Assembly (NCBI GenBank): GCA_036787005.1
Contig: DAIQQC010000005.1
Coordinates: 1-36,227 of the forward strand
Source: Dehalococcoidales bacterium
GTDB taxonomy: Bacteria > Chloroflexota > Dehalococcoidia > Dehalococcoidales > RBG-16-60-22
DNA: 36,227 nucleotides
Direction: 5' to 3'
The notes under the pieces are model-generated. The model worked only from the letters and a program-made list of their open reading frames with translations, was not told where the DNA came from and did not search any database. Shown here one piece after another: positions 25,649 to 34,719 of the stretch; position 1 is the first letter of the stretch, and each line of letters opens with the position of its first letter. The position numbers were made by a program, and so were the translations under genes.

Positions 25649-28600
25649 CTAAGCTTTCCTAACATCGACCAGAAATGCTTTATATTCCGGTATCATCGTG
25701 TTAGCATCGCCGATGTGCGGCGTGAGCAGATTGGCGCTATCTCCCTTGGAAAGCCCGGAGTAACCCCAGTGCCAGAGCAAGCCTACCTCGTGCACCTTGC
25801 GGCCGTTCATCTGGAAGGGTTTAAAGCGTTTCGTCACCATGGCTGCCATCTTGACCTGGCCCCGGGCGGACTCGACGATAACCTTATCCCCGTTGGCGAT
25901 GCCCTTTTCCGCCGCCAGCTCCTCGCTCATCTCAACGAAAGGCTCGGGCTGCATCTCGATGAGCCAGGGCAGGTTCCGGGTCAGTTGCCCTGCCTGCCAG
26001 TGCTCGCAGACGCGGTAGGTTGTCCCCACGATGGGGAATTTATCGACACTACCATGCTCCTCCGGTCGCCATACTTTACACACCGGATTGCTCAGCTGGT
26101 CGGACATCTGGTTGGCAGACACCGGAGTTTCCCAGGGTTCATAAAATTCCGGCATGGGACCATCGGCCATCCCCTGGGCGAAGAGCCTGGCCACGCCCTC
26201 GGCGGTCATGATGAACGGGTATCTCGATTTCACCGGGTCGATAGCTATCGGCGGATAGTTGCCGTCAACGATGTCTCCGTCCCAGCCTCCTGTTTCGCCC
26301 TTGGTCGGATTCCACTGGATGACCGGGTGCTCTTTATCCCAGGGCTCGCCGTTCAGATCAACCGAAGCCCTGTTGTAGATGATGCGGCGGTTGACCGGCC
26401 AGCTCCAGGCCCACTTGGGGTAAAGCCCGACATTAAACTGGTCCGGGGTGAGGTCGCGTCGAGAGGCGCGATTGCCCGGGACGGGGGCATTCGGTTCTTT
26501 ATCCGGCTCCACATAGCTGCCGCAATAGACCCATTCGCCGCAGGCCGTCGAGCCGTCATCTTTAAGGTTCGGGAAGCCGTCGACCTGCAGACCGGTATTA
26601 GTATCGTACCCGTTTATCTCCTTGGCCACCTTGTGCACATCCGGAGCGTCGCCGTAGTTCCAGGTCATGCGGGTTACGGCTTCAGCGTTAGGGCCGCTCT
26701 CCTGTGTGTAAAGCTCCTTGAGCTTGAGCATGAGCTTGTTTATCATCCACAGGTCATCCTCGGCCTCGCCGGGTCCGTCGGCGGCTTTATAACGCCACTG
26801 CATCCAGCGGCTGCTGTTGGTGACACTCCCTTCTTTTTCAAAAGAGCTGCGGGCGGGGAGGACAAAGACCTCGGTCTTAATAGCTGACGGGTCCTGGACG
26901 TTCGGGGCTTTCCAGAATTCCATCGTCTCGGTCATCCAGAGGTCGCTGGCCACGAGCCAGTCCAGGCTGGCAAGCGCCTGCCGCTCCGCGTTGGAATTGG
27001 GGCCGCCCACGGCCGGGTTTTGTCCCCAGGCCATTAGGCCTTTTATTGTTCCCGCTCCCATGGCTTCGAACAGGGAAAGCCACGAGTAATTTTTACCGGT
27101 CTCTATCTTCGGCAGGTAGTGGAAGCCGAAATCATTGTCTTTACTGGCGGCGTCTCCGTACCAGGCTTTGAGCAGGCTGGTAATATATTTGGGGTAGTTC
27201 TGCAGCCAGTTAGCGCTCGTCGGGTCGCTGTTCCTGGGAGTGACCCGTTCCAGGTATTTTTGAAGCGATACATCCGCATCCGTGAACATCCCGAGATAGC
27301 CCGGAATGGAATCGAACAGCAGGCCGAAATCGGTGGAGCCCTGGACGTTGGACTCCCCCCTCATGGCGTCGATGCCGCCGCCGGACACTCCCATATTGGC
27401 CAGGAGGAGCTGGAGTATGGAATAAGCGCGGATGTTCTCGGCGCCGTTGGTGTGCTGGGTCGTGCCCATGGCATAAAGAATTACGCCGGCTTTGCCCGTC
27501 TTGCCGGTAGAGGCAAACGTCCGGCATACTTCGAGGAAGGTTTCTTGCGGGGTACCACAGATAGAGTTAACCTTCTCCGGCGTATAGCGGGCATATTGTC
27601 TCTTAAGAATCTGGAAGACGCAGTTAGAGTCGGCAAGAGTCTTGTCTTTCCGGGGAACACCGTTTTCATCAACCTGGTAGCCCCAGGTAGCTTTATCGTA
27701 CTTTCTCTTGGCGCCGTCGGTCTCATTTAAAGCGCCGGCATACCCGGAGAAGAGACCGTCGAGTTCCGCGGGCCCCCGGAACCCGGGATTGACGAGGTAA
27801 GCAGCATTGGTGTATTCCGTGATATAAACCATGTTGTAATTAGCCGGGTTAGCCTCAATATCGTCCAGCACGAACTTGATCATGCCGCCGACCAGGGCGA
27901 CATCCGTGCCCGACCTTATGGGAGCATAGACATCAGCTTTAGCTGAAGTGCGCGTAAACCGGGGGTCAACGCTGATGAGCTTGGCGCCTTTATCTTTTGC
28001 GATGGTGATGTGCCCGAAGGCAGCCGGGTGGTTCTCGGCCGGGTTCCCGCCGAGCGCCATGACCACGTCTGAATTGGCGATATCCCCCCAGTGATTGGTC
28101 ATGGCACCGCGCCCGAAGCTCTGCGCCAGACTGGCGACAGTGGGCGAATGTCAGAGGCGGGCTTGATGTTCGAGGTAAACTATACCCAGCGACCTGGCCA
28201 GCTTGACGAGGAGGTAACACTCTTCATTATCCAGGGCGGCGCCGCCGATGTTGGCGATCGCTTCCGTGCGGTTGACGGTATTGCCTTTGGCATCCCTTTC
28301 GATAAAAGCGCCGTCCCGGGTGGCCTTGATGCGGTGAGCGATTTCATCGATGGCCCAGTCCCAGGACTTTTCCTCGAATTCAGTCCCTCCGGGCGGGCGG
28401 TAAAGCACCTTGCGCAATCGCCAGGGATTGTCCGCCGAGAGCTGCCGCAACGTACCACCCTTGGCGCACCCGGCACCCCGGTTGACGGGATGGTCAGGGT
28501 CACCCTCGATGTTCACCACTTTGCCGTTTTCGGAGGTAACGAGAAAACCGCAACCGGAACCGTCATAGGGGCAAATGGTTGTCTTTTCGCCGAGCTTTTT

Positions 28601-28723
28601 CTTAAGTGGTATCGACTGCGGGGAGGCCGCCAGGGCTACATTGCCGTCAAGTAATTTGAGCAGAAAAACGCCGCCCACGCTCGCCCCTGAGGCTTTTAGA
28701 AAATCCCTTCGGCTCAGCTCCAT
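25649..28723 (-). CDS. fdnG: formate dehydrogenase catalytic alpha subunit, selenocysteine-containing, Tat-exported
   Basis: ORF-track pieces 28151..28750 and 25649..28102 are one frame joined through TGA at 28151..28153: ...[35 protein letters not shown] (the FDH Sec-His signature). ATG 28723 lies 6 nt after AAAGGAG and gives MELSRRDFLKASG (twin-arginine signal). Mo/W-bisPGD family layout. Confidence 0.9.
28111..28145 (-). promoter_or_regulatory. candidate bacterial SECIS hairpin 3' of the UGA
   Basis: mRNA reads UGA CAUUC GCCC ACUGU CGCCA GUC UGGCG CAGAGCUUC GGGC. Apical 5-bp stem with a GU-containing loop starts 14 nt after the UGA; closing GCCC/GGGC stem. Confidence 0.35.
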
Positions 28724-28912
28724 TATTTCTCCTTTCGCTCTTTCTACCATACCGCTCGGATAAATGGTAATTGATCAGGGCATGCGCATAACAGACAACC
28801 TTTCTAATAAGAATAACGGGTACTGGCCTGGTCGGTATGCGAAAAAGTGCTCATGTTGTTGATATAAACGCCCCAAATCCTCAGGAAAAAGTACCCAATT
28901 TATCCGGAAACA

Positions 28913-28943
28913 TAAAAAGCCCCTATGGATGATCATAGGGGCT
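28913..28943 (-). terminator. intrinsic terminator after the RR/HK pair
   Basis: Minus strand: AGCCCCTATG-atcatc-CATAGGGGCT followed by TTTTT (plus-strand A-run 28914..28918). Confidence 0.7.
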
Positions 28944-28990
28944 GGCATCTTTACGATGTAATCGTTTGTACTAGGTTTAGCTAAAAATGC

Positions 28991-30910
28991 CTACGATGGC
29001 ACTTCCATGGTCAGGCTGGTCCCTTTCTCGTGCCCGCTATCGATGGTTAAAGTCCCTCCCAGCAATTGAGCGCGCTCCTGCATCCCGGCTAAACCGAGCC
29101 GGCCGCTCCTGGCCAGGTCGCCCATCCTCTCCGGTATCTCGAATCCACGTCCATTGTCGTTGACCGTTACCCTGGTAGTATTATCGGTAAACTCGATAAC
29201 GACACCGGCGCGGCTGGCTCCGGAATGTTTTTGTACATTGGTCAATGCTTCCTGGGTGATACGGAATAGCGTTAACTCGGCATCGGGCGGAAGCTGGTGC
29301 GGCTCGCCGGCCACCTTGACGTCGACAGGTATCCCGTAGTTCTTGGTCAGGTCCGCAGCCAGCCACTTTACTGCCGGCAGTAGTCCCAGGTCATCCAGTA
29401 CGGAAGGCCGGAGTTGCTGGCTGAAGCGGCGTATCTCCCTGAGGATATCTCTCACCTGTTCCTGGATTTCCTTTACGGAGAAACTGGAGTGGCCTGAAGC
29501 CAGATCGTCCAGGTTCCGCACCACCGTGACCAGACTTTGGGCCGTCACGTCATGCAGTTCCCGCGCAATGCGCTTGCGCTCCGCTTCCTGGGCCTGGCTT
29601 ACTTTCTGCACATAATATTTCAGGTTGTCATGGATCTTTTTTTCTTCGGTAATATCGCGTGCGATGTGCTGGAAAGCCCACGGTTGTCCATCTTTGGTTA
29701 TCAGGCTGGTCCCGATCTGAATGATAGCCGTGCTGCCGTCCCTCCGGACCAATTCCTGTTCCAGGGGATCGGCGTTTTTACCACTCAGCACCACGTCATG
29801 CGCTTCTTTATCCATCTTACTCTTGCCATGCTCCGAGAGAAGCAAGGATATATTGGCATCGAGCAGGATAGTGCGTTCGTAACCTGTCAGTTTTTCAAAA
29901 GCACTATTTACCGCCACGATTCTTCCGTTAAGGTCATGGACCCATATGGCGTCACTGGCGCTCTCGAATAATTGCCGGTAGCTTTTCTCCGAGACACGCA
30001 GGGCCTCGGCTATCATTCTCTCCCTCTCATAAAGTCGGGCATTTTCCAGCGCCATGCTTAACTGGTCAGCCGCGGCACGCACTAAATCCACCTCGTCCGC
30101 GGAGAAGTGATGCGCCAGGCGGGAGCCGACTCCCAGCGTGCCTACTAACTCGCCTTTGGTAATCAAGGGGACGACGAGTCTGCTTTGCAGGTCACGCTGC
30201 TTCCACGGCGTGGAAGATACTCTCGATTCAGATAAAGCGTTTTCGGTAATGACCGCTTGTCTTGATTTAACCGCCTTACCGTCATTCCGTTCTCCCGGCA
30301 TGACAATCTCAGGCAATGTCGGACCGGGCAGTCCTTTAGCAGCTGCCAGCTTCAACCATTGTTTCTCTTCGTCCCAGAGATATAACCAGGCGGTTTCGAT
30401 TTGAATGAGCTGCCTGATCATATCAACTGCGGCCAGGATATCTTCGACCTTCAGGGATTGGCTGACGTTGCTGGACATAGCATGCAGCATGCTCAACCTT
30501 TCAACCTGTACATCGAGGGTTTTATGCACCTTCTCAAGCTCGATAAGCCTTTGTCTTGCCTTCTGCAGGACGTCAATAAGCAAGATGATAAGAAGCCCGG
30601 TAAAAACGACCCCGATGGTTTCGAACAGGGCTTCCTTCGGCGTTTCCGAGACCACGAAGACGCGGGGCAGCATCGCGGCAAGCGCCAGCACCAGTAGACT
30701 GATGCCCGCCCCTCTGCCCAGTGTTAACGCCCCGTAGGTTATCGGTACCAGGAAAAGAATTCGCCCGAAAGTCTGGCGCGTCAGGCCGAACTCTAATACA
30801 GAGCCAATCCGCTCAAAAAACCATACATGGGCGAAGGACTCGTGATAGTGTATGATTACCAGGAGCGCTAACAACACGGCTACTACCAGCAGGTGGTAGC
30901 TCCGCGGCAC
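28991..30910 (-). CDS. membrane sensor histidine kinase, TM-GAF-PAS-HisKA_3-HATPase_c
   Basis: 639 aa. GTG start; about 4 N-terminal TM helices; H-box EAERKRIARELHDVTAQSL; ATPase boxes (NDNGRGF, GLAGMQERA). Confidence 0.85.
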   Translation of the reverse strand: MPRSYHLLVVAVLLALLVIIHYHESFAHVWFFERIGSVLEFGLTRQTFGRILFLVPITYGALTLGRGAGISLLVLALAAMLPRVFVVSETPKEALFETIGVVFTGLLIILLIDVLQKARQRLIELEKVHKTLDVQVERLSMLHAMSSNVSQSLKVEDILAAVDMIRQLIQIETAWLYLWDEEKQWLKLAAAKGLPGPTLPEIVMPGERNDGKAVKSRQAVITENALSESRVSSTPWKQRDLQSRLVVPLITKGELVGTLGVGSRLAHHFSADEVDLVRAAADQLSMALENARLYERERMIAEALRVSEKSYRQLFESASDAIWVHDLNGRIVAVNSAFEKLTGYERTILLDANISLLLSEHGKSKMDKEAHDVVLSGKNADPLEQELVRRDGSTAIIQIGTSLITKDGQPWAFQHIARDITEEKKIHDNLKYYVQKVSQAQEAERKRIARELHDVTAQSLVTVVRNLDDLASGHSSFSVKEIQEQVRDILREIRRFSQQLRPSVLDDLGLLPAVKWLAADLTKNYGIPVDVKVAGEPHQLPPDAELTLFRITQEALTNVQKHSGASRAGVVIEFTDNTTRVTVNDNGRGFEIPERMGDLARSGRLGLAGMQERAQLLGGTLTIDSGHEKGTSLTMEVPS

Positions 30911-30976
30911 CGCCGCGACCCAGTGTCTTATCTTGCCCGATATTTCCTTTACCGTGGCTATATCACTACCCTGCTC

Positions 30977-31642
30977 TCAAGACAATTCTTCAAAAGAAAG
31001 CCAGCCCCTTTTTACTGCCTGAAATATGGCCTCGGTGCGTGAACCCACGCTGAGCTTATTGAAGATACTGCTCAGATGCCCCTGGACGGTACGCACATTG
31101 ATAAACAGCGCATCGGCGATATCGCTGTTACTCTTACCGCTGGCGGCCAACTTCAGTACTTCCATTTCCCGTTCACTCAACTCCACGGCCGGTTTCTCCT
31201 TGCCGGCGTCGGTGGACGGAGGCCTGAAACGGCTGATGACCTTACGGGCTATGACGGGGTGCAGCACCGATTCACCGGCGTACACAGCCCTGACAGCGTC
31301 AACCACCTCTCGGCTGTCCACGTCTTTCAGCAAATAGCCGGCGGCTCCCGCCTCCAGAAGCGCGAAAACGTATTCGTCGTCATCATAAGCGGTCAGTATC
31401 AGTACCGCCGTGGCCGGGAGGCGGGGCTTTATCTGCCGTGTGACCTCAACCCCGTTAAGCCTGGGCATGGCTATATCGAGGATCGCCACGTCCGGCTTTA
31501 AGCGCTCGATGACTTTTACCGCCTCCTCCCCGTCACCGGCTTCCCCCACGACCTCCATATCATTCTCTCTCTCCAGCAGGCTGCGGGTGCCCTGTCTTAC
31601 CATGGCGTGGTCATCAGCGATAACAATCCTGATCTTGCCCAT
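30977..31642 (-). CDS. NarL/LuxR-family response regulator
   Basis: 221 aa. Receiver domain (IADDH, LDIAMPRLNG) plus LuxR HTH (LSEREMEVLKLAASGKSNSDIADALFINVRTVQGH). Confidence 0.9.
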   Translation of the reverse strand: MGKIRIVIADDHAMVRQGTRSLLERENDMEVVGEAGDGEEAVKVIERLKPDVAILDIAMPRLNGVEVTRQIKPRLPATAVLILTAYDDDEYVFALLEAGAAGYLLKDVDSREVVDAVRAVYAGESVLHPVIARKVISRFRPPSTDAGKEKPAVELSEREMEVLKLAASGKSNSDIADALFINVRTVQGHLSSIFNKLSVGSRTEAIFQAVKRGWLSFEELS

Positions 31643-31780
31643 TACACCCCTTTTTCAGCCTGATTATACCGCAGCCGATAAAGGTCTTCAACAGAATATG
31701 TCAGAACCGTAATCTGATCGTTTTTGCTGCAGAGAGGCTGGCGGGGTTGATCCAGGTGCGGAGCCGGCAGGCTTAAGGTA

Positions 31781-32197
31781 TTAGTTCGGTTTCTTAACGA
31801 TATTCAGATCAAGCCGGTAGTCTTTGTCCTTTATGTCCTGGCCCACCTGGGGATAAGGTTTCAGGTCGAACGCAATATCGTAGTTGGCGAAATCGGTCTG
31901 CACCGGCGTCGTTAGTCCCGGTTGCGTCAGCACCTTATCGAACGTTTTGTTCGCGTAATCGATCTCAATCAGGCAGCTGGCTTCACCGGCCCAGATGCAT
32001 ACCACACCCGCGGCGCAGCGGCTATCCCCGACGACGTCGATAAAACGGATGATCAGGTCCTCCCCGTTAACCGAGGCACTCTGCCCGATCGCCAGGGTAA
32101 ACGTTACACCGGGGTTGGCGTAGATATCAGCAGGAGCGCCGCAGCCCGCCACTGTTAGCAGGACCAGGGGTAAAACCCAGACTATGTATTTGCGCAT
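31781..32197 (-). CDS. small lipoprotein, unknown function
   Basis: ORF 31781..32212. ATG 32197 lies 5 nt after GGGAGG. Signal MRKYIVWVLPLVLLTVAGC (lipobox). Mature part contains CAAGVVCIWAGEASC. Confidence 0.6.
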   Translation of the reverse strand: MRKYIVWVLPLVLLTVAGCGAPADIYANPGVTFTLAIGQSASVNGEDLIIRFIDVVGDSRCAAGVVCIWAGEASCLIEIDYANKTFDKVLTQPGLTTPVQTDFANYDIAFDLKPYPQVGQDIKDKDYRLDLNIVKKPN

Positions 32198-32306
32198 CGT
32201 GCCCTCCCGCATACAGGAACATGCTGTGATATGAGCCTAGCATGCGGGCTATAAAAAAGTCATCAAGCCCATGCGTAAAAAATTACGTTTTTGTGACATT
32301 AATCTT

Positions 32307-32840
32307 CTACTTGTATAGTGCCGCCCAGACGATAGCGTCTAAAACCGCGGTGTGGAAAGCGAAATAACCGCTGCCCACTACTGCCAGCCAGTAGGCTGTG
32401 CCGGGGACTTTACCTTGTAAGGTAAGGAGTGCCCAGAGAAGGGCAATTGACGCTAAGCCGACCAGTGCCAGAACAGTGCGAATCCAGATCCATATACCTG
32501 TGCTCGGGTTGCTGACGTAAGCATTTGTCAGCGGCATCCAGAAAGCCGAAGGAACTAAAATAAACAGAAATATAATGTAGAATAAGGTAAAGCCGGATAC
32601 GCCCGCAATGCTTATCTGTGATGGCTCAAGCCGGACAAGAATATAATATATAAAAGCAAAATACCCCAGTGCGGATAGAATCATCGAAACAGTGTATATC
32701 GGCCTGATGCTGTTCGGGACACCGCCCCAGAGAACACTCGCCCCGCCGGCTTGTGTATTGAGACCGAAAATATAACTGCCGATAACCGCGGCTCCCCCGA
32801 AAATATTAATGACTAATAAGATGATTTGCGGTGTGCTCAT
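32307..32840 (-). CDS. 5-TM membrane protein, unknown function
   Basis: 177 aa, five hydrophobic helices. Its ATG overlaps the degV stop (ATGA at 32837..32840), implying translational coupling. Confidence 0.6.
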   Translation of the reverse strand: MSTPQIILLVINIFGGAAVIGSYIFGLNTQAGGASVLWGGVPNSIRPIYTVSMILSALGYFAFIYYILVRLEPSQISIAGVSGFTLFYIIFLFILVPSAFWMPLTNAYVSNPSTGIWIWIRTVLALVGLASIALLWALLTLQGKVPGTAYWLAVVGSGYFAFHTAVLDAIVWAALYK

Positions 32841-33703
32841 ATGCTTGCCTCCATGGGGTATTTTGCCTGTGACCGTCTCAGTGCTACTAAAAGTACTCCC
32901 GGGCCGCCGTGCACTCCCAGTCCCGCGCCGAGCTCATTGATGACTATCGCCTCCTCCTTAATAAAATCACTGAGGCGTTTTTTCAATACGTCTGCCTGGT
33001 CGGCTATTTTACTATGCACGATAACAAGTTCACTTATCGGGGCATTATTTTTAACGAATTCATAGATACGGTCCATTCCTCTGCTTATAGTACGCACGAG
33101 CCCGGCACGCACTATTTCTCCGCTTCTAAAAGTCAGAAGGGGCATGACATTTAGAAGCCTTGACGCTGCCGCTATTGTTTTATTAACCCTGCCGCTGCGG
33201 GCAAGGTACTTCATCGTTTCAAACATCCCGAACATACCAACCTGCTTAACGGCTCTATTAGCTTCATTGACAACGTCCGCAAGGTTGGCCCCGGCATGTG
33301 CAAGGCACGCCGCGGCGGTAACCACCAGACCCAGGCCGGCGGAATTGAACCGCGAATCGATTACTTCAATGGGGCAGCGACTTTCCAGCGTTTTTTTGGC
33401 GATGGTCGCTGAGTTATAAGTGCCGCTGATCCGGGATGAAATGTGGATGGACACGATGCCCTCGGTCTTATCACAGTACTCTTTATAAACACTGGCGAAA
33501 TCCTCCGGATTTGGCTGGGATGTCGCCGGATGTACCTTCGAGGAAGCTAACTTCGAGTAAAATTCCTCGTTCCGAATATCTACCCCATCGCGGTAAGTAT
33601 TTTCACCAAACCTCACGTATATCGGCACCACTCTGATTCCCAGTTCTTGCGCCAGCTCTGGAGGGATATCGGAGGTGCTGTCCGTGATGACCTGAACCTT
33701 CAT
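32837..33703 (-). CDS. degV: DegV-family fatty-acid/lipid-binding protein
   Basis: ORF 32837..33730. ATG 33703 follows AGAGGGGA. Start MKVQVITDSTSDIPPELAQELGIRVVPIYV is the classic DegV N-terminus; about 288 aa. Confidence 0.85.
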   Translation of the reverse strand: MKVQVITDSTSDIPPELAQELGIRVVPIYVRFGENTYRDGVDIRNEEFYSKLASSKVHPATSQPNPEDFASVYKEYCDKTEGIVSIHISSRISGTYNSATIAKKTLESRCPIEVIDSRFNSAGLGLVVTAAACLAHAGANLADVVNEANRAVKQVGMFGMFETMKYLARSGRVNKTIAAASRLLNVMPLLTFRSGEIVRAGLVRTISRGMDRIYEFVKNNAPISELVIVHSKIADQADVLKKRLSDFIKEEAIVINELGAGLGVHGGPGVLLVALRRSQAKYPMEASI

Positions 33704-33766
33704 GTCACTATCCCCTCTGACTCCTGGCAAAGCAAAAAGGCTGCCACCTTAATATTATCTCAACAT

Positions 33767-34531
33767 TTATATCGTCAGCACCGGTGCAAACACCTGCCAG
33801 GCCAGCAGCGCCTTGGCGGTGAGACTGAGGATGATATACACTTTCTCCCCGAAAAGGTAGTCCCGCCAGGGGCCGATCTTTTTATACTGCAAGACCAGGT
33901 TGACGGCGAAACAGTTGAAGAAAACGAAAAGCGAGGCAATGATCCCGTAGACAAAACCGGGCGGCGATGCCTCCAACCCCGGTGCCACGACATAAATTAT
34001 GATGGCGATCCACGGAATAATCCCGGCAAAGCTCCCGAACCAGAACGGCAGCCAGCCGGGCCTGCCCGGTTTCTCATATTTCTCCTGCAGCGCCCCGAAG
34101 AGTATCATGCAGGCGTTGATGCCGAAGATGGCCAGCAGGGCGGCGATGTCGCTGATGCCGGTGATTTGAGCGATCAATACGATCATGATAGAGGAGCTGA
34201 AAAAATACTCGATCCAGCGCCCGTAGTTACGGTTCTGCAGCAGGTTGCGCTTGTACCAGGGGAAAACAAGAGGCGAGGCAATAATCAGCAGAGCGGCGGC
34301 CGAGATTGCCAGGAAGGCAAAGACACCCCAACCCGTTTGAATATCAAACAGGTGGCGTAGTGATGACGCGCTGCCGGGAGCGCCTTCCATGAACGTGGCG
34401 GTCACCGGGAGAGAGAAGTTATTAGTGAGGACCGCCATCATCACCGCCTGTACCGCAAGAATGAGACCGACGACGATATTCCAGATACGCAGCCGGGCCA
34501 GTTGCTTTTCGACGGACGGGTCAATAGCCAT
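33767..34531 (-). CDS. heliorhodopsin (7-TM retinal protein, inverted topology family)
   Basis: 254 aa. RWIEYFFSSSIMIVLIAQITGISDIAALLAIFGINACMILFGALQEKY, LPFWFGSFAGIIPWIAIIIYVVAPG, PGFVYGIIASLFVFFNCFAV and YIILSLTAKALLAWQVF are near-colinear with my recollection of heliorhodopsin 48C12 (RWVEYSLSSSVMIVLIAQ..., LSLVAKSALAWQ). The TM3 Glu and TM7 Lys are retained. GGGAGG RBS 6 nt before the ATG. Confidence 0.9.
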   Translation of the reverse strand: MAIDPSVEKQLARLRIWNIVVGLILAVQAVMMAVLTNNFSLPVTATFMEGAPGSASSLRHLFDIQTGWGVFAFLAISAAALLIIASPLVFPWYKRNLLQNRNYGRWIEYFFSSSIMIVLIAQITGISDIAALLAIFGINACMILFGALQEKYEKPGRPGWLPFWFGSFAGIIPWIAIIIYVVAPGLEASPPGFVYGIIASLFVFFNCFAVNLVLQYKKIGPWRDYLFGEKVYIILSLTAKALLAWQVFAPVLTI

Positions 34532-34571
34532 TATTCACCTCCCTAATAGTATATTTATCGAGTGGTAAAAT

Positions 34572-34600
34572 ATTATATGAAAACCGCTGGAAAAATGCAA
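34572..34600 (-). promoter_or_regulatory. sigma70-type promoter of the heliorhodopsin operon
   Basis: Minus strand: TTGCAT (34600..34595), 17-nt spacer, TATAAT (34577..34572), about 40 nt upstream of the ATG. Confidence 0.55.
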
Positions 34601-34644
34601 TACTCTTAAGAAAATTGATGAGGGAAAAAATCATCTTGTATTGT

Positions 34645-34687
34645 GAAAAAAATCGGGCACCGATTTCCCCGTCGAAATCGATGCCCG
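34645..34687 (-). terminator. intrinsic terminator of gdhA
   Basis: 14-position stem 34654..34667 / 34674..34687 (13 pairs, 1 mismatch), followed on the minus strand by T7 (plus-strand A-run 34646..34652). Confidence 0.7.
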
Positions 34688-34719
34688 TAAAGAGCTTTTT
34701 TAGCTTGATACCCTGGATA

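Noticed and set aside
25499-26887. 462-aa ORF on the + strand (also 27119..27730, 28091..28654)
   Set aside because: It lies entirely antisense to fdnG. It is a typical shadow ORF of a GC-rich gene: Arg/Gly/Pro/Ala-rich, with no motifs and no RBS.
28103-28153. Apparent split of the FDH alpha subunit into two ORFs (possible pseudogene or frameshift)
   Set aside because: Both pieces are in the same frame. The only interruption is one TGA at the canonical Sec position followed by His. This is recoding, not a disruption.
30911-30979. The response regulator and the downstream kinase are in the same frame, separated by a single TGA and 22 stop-free codons (possible readthrough or Sec fusion)
   Set aside because: The shared frame and a short stop-free spacer are quite likely by chance in GC-rich DNA. 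There is no hairpin after the TGA, the spacer peptide has no domain character, and the kinase has a usable GTG start. I treat them as two genes.
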